A stretch of DNA of 64,000 bases from Thermoplasmata archaeon (GTDB lineage Archaea; Thermoplasmatota; Thermoplasmata; Halarchaeoplasmatales; Halarchaeoplasmataceae): assembly GCA_003554965.1 (NCBI GenBank), contig PWHR01000038.1:15495-79494 (forward strand). The letters are read 5' to 3'. Shown here one piece after another: positions 8,386 to 18,353 of this stretch. Positions within the stretch are counted from its first letter, which is position 1. Every line of letters begins with the position of its first letter. The notes beneath the pieces were generated by a model. That model was not told where the DNA came from and ran no database searches. It saw nothing but the letters and a program-made list of their open reading frames with translations. The position numbers and the translations under genes are program-made.

Positions 8386-9462
8386 ATGGACGTTTTCATC
8401 GATAAATGCGATGATTACGAAAATTCATATAAGGTTGTCCAGGAAGCCTTCGATTCACTTGGGGGTATAGAAAGATTCGTGGAAAAGGGGGAGATAATAC
8501 TGGTGAAACCCAATCTTTTGAAAGGAGCTTCACCAGAAGATGCTGTTACCACTCATCCCGATTTCATAACAGCTGTCGTAAAACTTCTTGAGGAGGAGGA
8601 AGTTAATGTAGTTATAGCGGACAGTCCGGCGGGTAGAACGAGTAAAGGGAAACTCAAAAAGCACTATGAGAAAAGCGGATGGTTGAAGGTAGAAGAGGAA
8701 ACAGAGGCAGTATTGGCTTATGAATTCGGGAAAACAAATATAGATGTGCCCAAAGGCAATGTGAAAAGGTCATTTGAGTTGATGGAACTGGTCAAAGAAG
8801 TAGACGGCATCATAAATCTTCCTAAGCTGAAAACTCATTCTCTCACTGTCTTCACTGGTGCAGTGAAGAATCTCTACGGATTAGTGCCGGGGCTAGCAAA
8901 GGCAGCCTACCACGGACAGTTCATGAAGCTCAACGACTTTGGAAGGATGCTTCTCGATCTTGAAAGAACCGTTGAAACAAGGATCTCCATCATGGACGGT
9001 ATCCTGGCGATGGGGGGTTCAGGTCCCTCAGGCGGAGAACCTGTCGAGTTGGAGGCGGTGCTGGCCTCAGAGGATCCAATAGCGTGTGATTATGCAGCCT
9101 GCGAGCTCGCCGGAATACCCATGCAAAAGGTACCTACTCTGACCGAGGCGGATATCGACTTTGACTCTATAGAATATGTTAACAGAAAACCATCTTCTTT
9201 CGATCAGGATCTAAATTATCCTCCTGGAGGTTCACAGCCAGTCAGGGTCCCTGGCTTCCTGTCGAGACTATTTAGCAATTTTTACCTCGATAGACCTAAT
9301 CTCTTGATGGAACGATGCACTAGATGCTGGGCTTGTGAGGATATGTGTCCAAAGGACGCTATAAAGCGCAAAGACTACGGGCCGAAGATCAGCTGGTGGA
9401 AGTGTATAAGGTGCTACTGCTGTAAAGAAGTCTGCCCGGTTGAGGCGCTCGATGTTGGATAG
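8386..9462 (+). CDS. DUF362 protein with C-terminal 2x[4Fe-4S] ferredoxin domain
   Basis: LVKPNLL, TTHP, NLPKLKTH, GAVKNLYG; CxxCxxCxxxCP twice. Confidence 0.9.
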   Translation: MDVFIDKCDDYENSYKVVQEAFDSLGGIERFVEKGEIILVKPNLLKGASPEDAVTTHPDFITAVVKLLEEEEVNVVIADSPAGRTSKGKLKKHYEKSGWLKVEEETEAVLAYEFGKTNIDVPKGNVKRSFELMELVKEVDGIINLPKLKTHSLTVFTGAVKNLYGLVPGLAKAAYHGQFMKLNDFGRMLLDLERTVETRISIMDGILAMGGSGPSGGEPVELEAVLASEDPIACDYAACELAGIPMQKVPTLTEADIDFDSIEYVNRKPSSFDQDLNYPPGGSQPVRVPGFLSRLFSNFYLDRPNLLMERCTRCWACEDMCPKDAIKRKDYGPKISWWKCIRCYCCKEVCPVEALDVG

Positions 9463-9512
9463 CTAAAAAGTCTCAAAAAAAAACTTTTATAGTATCTTTT
9501 GATTTGGTGTCC

Positions 9513-10076
9513 ATGGACAGGAAACGAGTTGTGAAGGAAACTCTGCCGATGCTGTTCCTCTGCGTGCTTGCTGGCACACTAGCCGGTACAGTCCTGACCT
9601 TTATGGAAGAAGTTCTGGAAAATATAACCGGCCTGATCATCATAGTTCCTGCGATAATAGACATGCGAGGGAACATCTCCTCAGCGCTCGGATCCAGACT
9701 GGGATCTGCTTTTCATCTCGGGCTTTTACATCAAGGTCTGACTTCAAAGGTCGGTAAAGAGAACGTCAAAGGTTCTCTCGCTTTGAGTTTTTTTACTTCG
9801 GCTTTGTTCCCTTTCTTTTTGTTACTCATCAGCTTATTTTTACCCTTCCAGATCGGTCTTAATGATCTAGGTATAATATTTCTCATATCCGTGTTCACCG
9901 GTGTCACCGCAGGATTCATGCTGATAATCCTTACTTTCTTAATAGTGGGAGCTTCGATGAAGTTTAATATAGATCCAGATAATGTGAGCGGGCCCTTACT
10001 AACTACCGCCGGAGACGTATTAACTCTCGCGGTTATGTTCGGCTATGCAACATTGTTCTGGGGGGTGTTGTTTTGA
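9513..10076 (+). CDS. MgtE/SLC41-type divalent cation transporter membrane domain
   Basis: PAIIDMRGNI, SRLGSAFHLG, DPDNVSGPLLTTAGD. Confidence 0.88.
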   Translation: MDRKRVVKETLPMLFLCVLAGTLAGTVLTFMEEVLENITGLIIIVPAIIDMRGNISSALGSRLGSAFHLGLLHQGLTSKVGKENVKGSLALSFFTSALFPFFLLLISLFLPFQIGLNDLGIIFLISVFTGVTAGFMLIILTFLIVGASMKFNIDPDNVSGPLLTTAGDVLTLAVMFGYATLFWGVLF

Positions 10077-10624
10077 GTTATAACTGGAAAGAGATATTCA
10101 GAGAGAGCGCTCCCCTTTTGGCTCTGATGGGTTTTATAGGGGTCGCAGGTGGATTCTTTTTAGAGGGGATAGAAGATGAACTCTTAGAGTTTACCGTGTT
10201 GTTGTTCCTAATACCGATCATCAACGACGTTGGAGGTAATCTTGGAGCAGTATTGGGAGCAAGGCTCTGTTCAGCACTGCATACCGGTAAGATACCTTCA
10301 GATTTCAAAGATAAAGAGTTCCAAGAAAATGTTTGGGTGATGATGGGGTTGGGGTTATTCGTTTTCTTCATCTTTGGATTGGGTATGGGCATCGTTTCGT
10401 TTCTCCCTTTCATTGAACTTACATTCACACAGATTTTCACCATCGTGATAGGCGCAGGATTTATCACTACCTTCTTGATATCATTGATAACCGCTTTGGT
10501 ATCACTCTGGTCCTTCAAAAAAGGATTAGACCCAGATAATATAGTGATCCCCGTTGAAACCACTCTCTGCGATTTCATCGGGGTCGTCACTCTTGCTATG
10601 ATGGTAATATTGGTGGTGAGATAA
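10073..10624 (+). CDS. MgtE/SLC41-type membrane domain (second paralog)
   Basis: GGNLGAVLGARL, LDPDNIVIPVETTLCD; overlaps the previous gene. Confidence 0.88.
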   Translation: MSYNWKEIFRESAPLLALMGFIGVAGGFFLEGIEDELLEFTVLLFLIPIINDVGGNLGAVLGARLCSALHTGKIPSDFKDKEFQENVWVMMGLGLFVFFIFGLGMGIVSFLPFIELTFTQIFTIVIGAGFITTFLISLITALVSLWSFKKGLDPDNIVIPVETTLCDFIGVVTLAMMVILVVR

Positions 10625-10625
10625 A

Positions 10626-11264
10626 TTGAAAAATGAAAAAAAAGAATTGGAGGAGGATCACGCGAAGCTAAATTACGAGGAAAAATCGGTGAGGGAACTG
10701 CTGACTTACATGAAGGACAATTCGGAACTGATTGCTGATCTTGCCTACGCAGCGATAGTATTCGAGAACGAAGAATTGGCCGAAGAAGTCCATCACCTCG
10801 AATCGGAGATGGACAAGATGATGTACCAGATAAGATTGAAATCGATGTTGGGAGCGAGGAAAAGAGATGATGCGGAGCAGCTTAGCGGTCTTCTTCAGGT
10901 GGCTTCTGCAGCGGAGCAGATTTCCGATGCCGCAGAAGATATGGTCGAACTATTGAATGAGGATGTGGATCTCACTCCTTTGCTACCCCATATACTAAGC
11001 GAGGCAGAAGAGAAGGTATATACTCTCAAGATCGAGGAATGTTCCGATCTTGTTGACAGAAAGTTGGGGGAGCTAAGACTAGAATCCGTAACTGGGGTAA
11101 AGGTTCTAGCGATAAGGCACGAGCGGAAATGGTTCTACGGTCCTGATGCAGACATGGAATTGAAAGGCAACGATATGCTGATCGTTAGAGCTACAGAACG
11201 CGGCTACCGGAAGGTACACCCCGTAGCTCACTGCAAAAAATCTTGGAAGGAGGTGGAAAAATGA
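10626..11264 (+). CDS. PhoU-like plus TrkA-C (RCK-C) regulatory protein
   Basis: MKDNSELIADLAYAA, AAEQISDAA, C-terminal VLAIR...GPD. Confidence 0.85.
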   Translation: MKNEKKELEEDHAKLNYEEKSVRELLTYMKDNSELIADLAYAAIVFENEELAEEVHHLESEMDKMMYQIRLKSMLGARKRDDAEQLSGLLQVASAAEQISDAAEDMVELLNEDVDLTPLLPHILSEAEEKVYTLKIEECSDLVDRKLGELRLESVTGVKVLAIRHERKWFYGPDADMELKGNDMLIVRATERGYRKVHPVAHCKKSWKEVEK

Positions 11265-11818
11265 AAGAAGCTGAAGAAGAACTCCTTGAGATGAAAGACA
11301 CCTCAGAATTGATGCTCGGTCTCGCTTATTCCTCACTTCTATACCAGAACAAAGCTATAGCCAAGGAAGTCTTCAAGCTTGAAAATAAAGTGGATCAGCT
11401 CCATGGTTCGATCATCTCGAAGATCTTGGAAAACGAGATAGATATCGATCCCGATAGAAAACTCATATTCTTCAAAATGGCAGACTCTATAGAAAGGTTC
11501 GCTGACGCAGCTTTAGACATCGCTGATGTAGTTTTAAGAGATATCGAACTACATCCAGTCATAAAACAGAGTCTTCAAGAATCTGATGAATTCATGGTAA
11601 GAAAGCAGATAAAGAAAGGATCATATCTCGATGGGAAAACCCTAGAAGAATCGAAGATGGGGACCAAGATAGGGATGAAAGTGATCGCGGTTAGAAGAGG
11701 AAAGAACTGGGCTTATGGGCCCGATAAAACATTGGAGCTAAAAGGAGGAGACGTCATATTTGCTAGTGGCCCGCGGGATAGCGAGAAGCATTTGAACAAA
11801 TGGATAAAAAAGAGATGA
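11261..11818 (+). CDS. PhoU-like plus TrkA-C regulatory protein (second paralog)
   Basis: MKDTSELMLGLAYS, ERFADAA, VIAVRRG...GPD; ATG at 11261 after GGAGGTG. Confidence 0.85.
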   Translation: MKEAEEELLEMKDTSELMLGLAYSSLLYQNKAIAKEVFKLENKVDQLHGSIISKILENEIDIDPDRKLIFFKMADSIERFADAALDIADVVLRDIELHPVIKQSLQESDEFMVRKQIKKGSYLDGKTLEESKMGTKIGMKVIAVRRGKNWAYGPDKTLELKGGDVIFASGPRDSEKHLNKWIKKR

Positions 11819-11832
11819 AATTTCGAGGTATC

Positions 11833-12495
11833 TTATAAACCGCTTTCTAGATCTTTTATTACTTCTTTTTTGTCCTCTGTCTTGACCACACCAGAAGCGA
11901 GAAGGACTCCTTCCGTCCCCAACTCGATCGCCGCTTTTACGTCCTCACTATCTTTTACTCCGGCCCCACATAGAACTCCCACATCGGGATCGATTTTTTC
12001 AACTCTTTTTACGGCTTCTTCAACCAGTTCTGGTTTTGCCGTGGAAACGGAGATGTCTCCACCTATGAGTTCTGGTGGTTCGTAAGCTACGAAATCAGGT
12101 CCTAGTGCAGCGGCTGATCCCGCTACTAAAGGATTGTTGGCGCAGATTATCGTGACCATATCTTTCTCTTTGCAGCGGCCCACCACCTTCTCTATCGAGG
12201 AAAGCTTCAATCTCTTCTCCGAGTGATTGATGAGTGTACCCTCAGCCCCAGAATCCTTCATAGTTTCTAATAGTAGATCTCCTGTATTGCTACCGGGATC
12301 TATCGGATCGATATGTTGGGATAATATAGGCACATTTGTATTCTCTGACAGCATCCTCATATCATTCGGCTGCGGACACACAGCCCAATTCTTTTCGCTT
12401 GTTTTTTCGATGGTTTTTGTCAATTTTAAAGCATCTTTTCCGATCGATTGGCTGTAGGTCTTATAATTCACGATTATAATAGGCGATTCTAACAT
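11833..12495 (-). CDS. tpiA: Triosephosphate isomerase (archaeal short type)
   Basis: VNYKTY, INHSEKR, AYEPPELIG, LCGAGV, GVLLASG. Confidence 0.96.
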   Translation of the reverse strand: MLESPIIIVNYKTYSQSIGKDALKLTKTIEKTSEKNWAVCPQPNDMRMLSENTNVPILSQHIDPIDPGSNTGDLLLETMKDSGAEGTLINHSEKRLKLSSIEKVVGRCKEKDMVTIICANNPLVAGSAAALGPDFVAYEPPELIGGDISVSTAKPELVEEAVKRVEKIDPDVGVLCGAGVKDSEDVKAAIELGTEGVLLASGVVKTEDKKEVIKDLESGL

Positions 12496-12626
12496 AGCTA
12501 TCGTAGCAGCAAATCCTCGAACCTATAATAAACATTATGGGAAAAAGACCGAACTTACGTTCTAAAACCCTACTCTATCGGACAAAACTTAAATTACAAC
12601 CTTTATAATACCCTTACAGAAGGGAA

Positions 12627-14273
12627 ATGAAAAGGACCAAGAAGATCAAAAGGATGAGGGAATTGGCAAATATTCTTCTTGAACATGGTCTTGTCGATTT
12701 TATCAGAGAATTAGGTTTGATGAGTTTCATCTCAAAAGAAAAGATGGGGAGCAGACTAGAGAAGACGATGGGAGATATAAAAGCTCATGAACTTCGTTCC
12801 CTGTTCGAAGATCTAGGTCCAGCGTTCATCAAGTTGGGTCAGTTTTTAGGGAACAGACCGGATCTTGTTCCGCCACATTTTGCCAAAGAGCTGCAGAAAC
12901 TTCATGACGAGGCAGCTCCATTTTCTCCAGATAAGGCGAAAGAGATTATCGAAGAGGAATTGGGAGAAAATATAGAGAACATATTCGACGAATTCTACAA
13001 TGAACCACTTGCTTCAGCTTCTATAGGTCAAGTCCATGAGGGAAAACTGAAAAACGGTGAGGAGGTAGTGATAAAAGTACAGCGCCCCGATATCAGAGAA
13101 AAAGTTCAGGCCGATCTAGAACTTATCGAGAGATTCACTAAGATGTTAGAGGACATCTATCCTGAAAGTGAATTATATCAACCGCACGAAGTCACTAAAG
13201 AGTTCAAAAAGATGCTTGAAAAGGAACTCGATTATACTGTCGAGGCAAGGAATGCACAGAGGTTCTACAACTCTTTTGAAGATGATCCCACTATACAGAT
13301 ACCTAAAGTTCACTGGGAACATCTTACAAAAAAGGTTCTCATACTAGAAAATGTGGAAGGAGTGAGTATGAGGACCCTGATGGATGTGGATTATCCTGAA
13401 GAATTTAAAAAGGACATAGCCAAAAGATTGGCCCAGAATATGATGAGACAGTTCTTCTTACACGGCATCTTTCATGCGGATCCATCTCCCGGTAATATCC
13501 ATTTCAGGGAAGAGGAAGATGGGGCAGTTATAGTCTTACTGGATTTTGGAGCCATCGGCATGTTCACCGACGAGATGAGGAACAAACTCATCGATATCTT
13601 CATCGCCATGGTTGAGGAGGATATGGAGAAGGTCAAGGACATGCTTTTGGACATAGGAGAGGTCCGAGGTGAGTACGATGAAGACGAGCTGATATGGGAT
13701 ATAGAAAATGTTTTACATCTTTATAAAAATAAACCCGATCTCATGCTTAAAGAGGGTCTTGAAAACGAGATAATGGATATCGCAAGAACCCACAACATAA
13801 CTTTGCCGGTGGATTTTCTTCTGATGGAAAGGGCGTTGATGGAGATAGAAGGGATATGTACTACTTTGGACGAAAACTTTGACTTTTTTGAAGCCGCTAT
13901 CCCCGTGATGGAGGAGATCTTGAAAGAAAGATATAACCCAAAAAAGCAGCTCATGGAGGGCTTTCACACGATCAAAAATTATAAGGAATTTTTCACTAAT
14001 TTTCCAGATAGAGCCAGCAGTGTTCTAGACAATCTTGAAAAAGGTGAACTCAAGATAGAGATCGAGCACGTCGGATTGAAGGATATGGAGCAGCGGTTAG
14101 ATACCATCTCAAACAGATTGAGCTTCACGATAATCGCAGCAGCTATAATTGTGGGTTCGGCACTGGTCGTAGCATATGGGGAAGCCGAATTTTTTGGACC
14201 TTATATATTTTTAGTCTCTGTTTTCATAGGTCTGTGGGTTCTATACACCATGATCAGAAGAGGAGAGTTTTGA
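12627..14273 (+). CDS. UbiB/AarF/ABC1-family atypical kinase with C-terminal TM helices
   Basis: IKLGQ, ASASIGQVH, VIKVQRP, FHADPSPGN, LLDFG. Confidence 0.92.
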   Translation: MKRTKKIKRMRELANILLEHGLVDFIRELGLMSFISKEKMGSRLEKTMGDIKAHELRSLFEDLGPAFIKLGQFLGNRPDLVPPHFAKELQKLHDEAAPFSPDKAKEIIEEELGENIENIFDEFYNEPLASASIGQVHEGKLKNGEEVVIKVQRPDIREKVQADLELIERFTKMLEDIYPESELYQPHEVTKEFKKMLEKELDYTVEARNAQRFYNSFEDDPTIQIPKVHWEHLTKKVLILENVEGVSMRTLMDVDYPEEFKKDIAKRLAQNMMRQFFLHGIFHADPSPGNIHFREEEDGAVIVLLDFGAIGMFTDEMRNKLIDIFIAMVEEDMEKVKDMLLDIGEVRGEYDEDELIWDIENVLHLYKNKPDLMLKEGLENEIMDIARTHNITLPVDFLLMERALMEIEGICTTLDENFDFFEAAIPVMEEILKERYNPKKQLMEGFHTIKNYKEFFTNFPDRASSVLDNLEKGELKIEIEHVGLKDMEQRLDTISNRLSFTIIAAAIIVGSALVVAYGEAEFFGPYIFLVSVFIGLWVLYTMIRRGEF

Positions 14274-14450
14274 TATCAATTGAAGACTTCGTCTACCTCT
14301 CTCTATAGTTGATATATCTGAGATTTAGAGAATGTATCCTGACTCACGATTATCATCGATATGGATCTTCCGATTTTTACTTGATCTTCTCATTCATACT
14401 AGATGCTTCCGTTTCGCTTCTTTTAGGGCTTTCTTCGGGGGTAGCTGAAA

Positions 14451-16142
14451 CTATCCTTCTTGTTCAACATCGGTATCTTCAAGATGATACATAAACTCTC
14501 TCACCTGTTCAAGGGCTTTGACAAACTCCTTTTTCTTTATCAGAAGATTCGCCTGTTTTAGGTGGCTAACAGGCTTGGAGATATCCTCTCCTCTTTTTTT
14601 TGCTCTCTCCAAAGTTTTCATCCCCTTTCTCATCGTTTTCTGAAGTTCTTTAAGTACATGCCGCATCAGATTTTTTTTCGCTTTTTTGAGATATCTTTTA
14701 CTATCTGCTTTGTCAGAAGATGCATGAGCTTCTTTTGCCTTATCTATGAAATTTTCAGCTTTCACACATTCAATGCCTATACTTTCAGCTAAATTTTTTA
14801 TCCTGATTATCTCATCCACTCTCATGCCGTCAACTTTCAATCCTGTTTTTTCTGTATTTTCTTTACACTCAAGGATCAGCTCGTAGGCACGCTTAAAATC
14901 TTTATTTCCTTTTGCCTTCTCAGCTTTTTCCATAATCTCAACTAACTCTTTACTTTTTTTATCGCTCAAAACAGATTCTATCTCTCCTTTCACTTCTTCT
15001 AGTTTTTTATCGAGCTCCTCGTTCAATATCTCTGAAGACCGTTCCCGAGCCAACTCTAACTTATCGAGCACTTCCTGAACATCTCCTTCTCTTGATAATT
15101 CCAATGCGGTGGAGATAGTTCCTCTGATCTGTCTAAAGGGGATGCCTATCTGTTTGCCGACCTCTAATATTTTATTTAGATCTTTTATCGCTCGATAGAT
15201 CCTTTCTTTCAGACCTTTTTCCTCTCCTCTTTGTATATTTTTTGCAATCTTCATACCTTCTTTTAAAGTAGAAACGGCTTCTTCGATAGGTCCTTTCTTT
15301 ATCGCTCTTTTAGCCTCTTCTTCCTTTTTCACGATCTGACTTGCGTCGATACCTTCCTTTTTCATGTTCTCTATATTTTTCCTAACTTCTTCAAGCTCTT
15401 CACTAAATCTTTCCATATCTTCCCCGAATTCGATCGCTTCCTGGGCTTTTTCTATCGCATCGCTGTATCTGTTTGAATCGGCTAAATCCTCAGCTTCATC
15501 TATCAAAGATTCAAAACGATCCGTTGGGAGAGGTCGACTAGTGAAATCGGTCAATTTCTCACTAGCTTCATCTATTGATCTTCTAACCTCTTTTTCCAGT
15601 CCTTCATCTATTTCATCCGTTTCTGTATCTTCTTCAAAAAGAACTCCACAGTTCGGGCAGCGAACTGCATCCTGATCGACCTTGCTTTCACAGGCTGAAC
15701 ACTGAAATATTACTTCGTCTTCAATTGATTTTTCTTCTGATTCCTCTTTCTCTGGCTCTTCTTCGATCATCCCAGAGACATCATCGCTTTCGTCTGTTTC
15801 AGGTAGTTCCTCTATCTTTTCAGTCTTTTCTTCTAGTGTTCCGTCATCCTCTAGCTCTAATTCCTCTTCTAACTGTTCCATGGTATCATCGAGAGATTCA
15901 TCATCTATTCCCAATTATTCATCTATATCCAAAAATTCATCCTCTAAGATCTCATCCTCATCTATGTCTATTTTCTCTTCAAACCCTTCTATCAATTCCT
16001 CCAATTCTTCATCATTTTTATCCTCAAGCTCCTCGTCCACATCCATAGATCCCCTTTTCAGTCCACACTCTAGACATTCCTCATCGTCTTCAAAAACCTT
16101 CGAATCACATACCGGACATCTGATTTCTGAGTCTCGAGACAG
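14451..16142 (-). pseudogene. Double zinc-ribbon / acidic / coiled-coil protein interrupted by an in-frame TAA at 15915-15917 (or two adjacent ORFs)
   Basis: 16142-15918 (CTG start after GAGGTG) encodes CPVC...CLECG plus an acidic tract. It is in frame with ORF 15914-14451 (CSAC...CPNCG, then long helical repeats). Confidence 0.6.
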
Positions 16143-16315
16143 AGAGTTGCACCTCTAACCTGTGATGATTAGGATAAAAGGTATTCATATAACTTTCCAT
16201 CGTAATCAAAATGTGATTCGAAGCACACTTAACTTTGAATGTTTGCTAAGTATGTTTACAAAGGATATAAGTAAGGTCTCTAAAACTAGTATATTAAAAC
16301 AGAGAAAGAGGTGTT

Positions 16316-17458
16316 ATGATGAATTATAGAAACTTCGGCGAGATCGATTGGAAACCTTCTGCACTGGGTTTTGGAGCGATGAGACTTCCTTATAGAGGTG
16401 AAGATAGAGGAGAGATCAAGGAGGAGGAGTCCATAGAGATGATAAGAGCCTCAGTGGAAAAGGGTGTGAACTACATAGATACGGCATGGCCGTATCATGA
16501 TGGAGAAAGTGAGGAACTAGTTGGTAAAGCGTTGAAGGATGGTTTTCGAGAAAAGGTGAAAGTCGCCACCAAGCTTCCTTCTTGGGAGATAGAGGATTCC
16601 GAAGACCCAGACAAATATTTAGAGCAGCAGTTAGATAGGTTGGACATGGATAAGATCGATTTTTATCTCCTCCATGGGCTCAATGAAAAGCGTTGGGAAG
16701 AGTACATGGCCTTAGATATAGACATATTCGATTGGATGAAAGAAAAGAGAGAGGAGGGCAAGATCGATTATCTAGGCTTCTCATTTCACGACGATCTTGA
16801 AACCTTCAAAGATATAATCGATTCCTGTGATTGGGATTTCTGTCAGATCCAGTACAATTATCTAGACCAGCGATTTCAAGCCGGCAAAGAGGGATTAAAA
16901 TACGCACACTCCAAAGATATCGGCGTGATCATAATGGAACCACTCAGAGGTGGTAAATTAGCTAAGGAACCTCCGGCACTTATAAAGGAGGTATGGGAAC
17001 AATCAGATCGAGAATGGACTCCAGTCGAATGGGCGCTTAAATGGTTATGGGATCAACCAGAAGTCTCTCTGGTTTTGAGTGGGATGAGCGATCTAGAACA
17101 GGTGATGGAGAACGTCAGATATGCTTCTGAATCTAAACCGAATATGTTATCAGAAATGGATAGAAAAACAGTAGACAAAGCAGCTAGAAGATACAAAGAG
17201 CTTTCTCCCGTCGACTGCACTGGATGTGATTATTGTTTACCCTGCCCTAACGGTGTTTCGATATCTAGGAATTTCCGAATGTACAACCAGGCTAAGATAT
17301 ATGAGGAATATGAAAAGTATAAAAATATGTGGGATGAAAAGATGAAAGACGAGTCCAAAGCCACCAACTGTGTGGAGTGTAAGGAATGTGAGGAAGCCTG
17401 TCCTCAAAATCTTCAGATAACCACATTTCTTAAAGAGATAGGAGAATACTTCGAATAA
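16316..17458 (+). CDS. Aldo/keto reductase with C-terminal 4Fe-4S dicluster
   Basis: LGFGAMRLP, YIDTAWPYH, ATKLP, GFSFH, QIQYNY, CTGCDYCLPCP, CVECKECEEACP. Confidence 0.92.
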   Translation: MMNYRNFGEIDWKPSALGFGAMRLPYRGEDRGEIKEEESIEMIRASVEKGVNYIDTAWPYHDGESEELVGKALKDGFREKVKVATKLPSWEIEDSEDPDKYLEQQLDRLDMDKIDFYLLHGLNEKRWEEYMALDIDIFDWMKEKREEGKIDYLGFSFHDDLETFKDIIDSCDWDFCQIQYNYLDQRFQAGKEGLKYAHSKDIGVIIMEPLRGGKLAKEPPALIKEVWEQSDREWTPVEWALKWLWDQPEVSLVLSGMSDLEQVMENVRYASESKPNMLSEMDRKTVDKAARRYKELSPVDCTGCDYCLPCPNGVSISRNFRMYNQAKIYEEYEKYKNMWDEKMKDESKATNCVECKECEEACPQNLQITTFLKEIGEYFE

Positions 17459-17556
17459 AGGAGATCAAGACTAGTTATATTTTGAGCTGGAAAACTTGAA
17501 AAAACTTTTTCAAAAATCTTTGATAAGATTAATTAACCACCTTAAATCTTACATAA

Positions 17557-18048
17557 ATGATGAAAAAAATCCTCTCGATAATAACAGTTCTACTTATAGT
17601 GACCTTACTTTTGGGTTGTTTAGACGCACCTAGTGTTCCTGGATTTGATTATCCTGATGTGATAGTCTATCATCCTGAAGATAGTGAGGACGAAACTATA
17701 ATAAATCTAAGGGCGATGGAACTGGTGATGTTCGAAAACGTCGTGATTTATATAAATAGCACAGAAAATGATGAGACGAGAAGGGTGGAGAGGAATGATA
17801 CGTTTGGTCCTGAGGTCAGCACTACTCATTCTCATTTCGAGTTGGATATTTTCGTCCGCCAGGAGGAAGAAAGATACAATTTCAATGCTACTTTTGAGCT
17901 GTACCCTGAGGAAAATGTCCCAGAGGAATATCAGGATGAAGAATTGGTATACAGGATAACATTTTATGATGGGGAGGAAGATTATATAACTAGAGACGAT
18001 TTACCATTTACTGAAACTTTGAATCGGATCGAAGAGGATGATAATTGA
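17557..18048 (+). CDS. Acidic lipoprotein of unknown function
   Basis: MMKK plus hydrophobic stretch plus LLLGC lipobox. Confidence 0.7.
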   Translation: MMKKILSIITVLLIVTLLLGCLDAPSVPGFDYPDVIVYHPEDSEDETIINLRAMELVMFENVVIYINSTENDETRRVERNDTFGPEVSTTHSHFELDIFVRQEEERYNFNATFELYPEENVPEEYQDEELVYRITFYDGEEDYITRDDLPFTETLNRIEEDDN

Positions 18049-18353
18049 TGAAAAGACCCCCTCTCTCCTTGACTTTGATCAGTATCACCGTTTTAGTGGT
18101 GGGTATTTTAGCTATTGCCTTCGCAACTGGATGGATTCCCTTAGCGGATATAAGAGGACATTTTGCAACATTCGTATTTTTATTGGTATTTATATCCATA
18201 TTGGCTATAATAGGGGCTATATTTGTCGGGATGTTCATATCGCATCGTATCTTTTCAGATAGTGGATTTACCACTTTTGAAGAGGAGATGCTACAGATGA
18301 GAAAAGATGTCCAGGATATCAAAGAAAGATTGGAAGAAGAGGAAGAAGAATAA
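18045..18353 (+). CDS. Small two-TM membrane protein with C-terminal coiled coil
   Basis: Two hydrophobic helices, then FEEEMLQMRKDVQDIKERLEEEEE; overlaps the lipoprotein stop. Confidence 0.7.
   Translation: MMKRPPLSLTLISITVLVVGILAIAFATGWIPLADIRGHFATFVFLLVFISILAIIGAIFVGMFISHRIFSDSGFTTFEEEMLQMRKDVQDIKERLEEEEEE

Noticed and set aside
14274-14450. Possible continuation of the coiled-coil gene past its TAG
   Set aside because: All three minus-strand frames hit stops within a short distance and show no recognisable motif
15915-15917. Selenocysteine or pyrrolysine recoding of the in-frame stop
   Set aside because: The codon is TAA, not TGA or TAG, and sits in a low-complexity acidic linker
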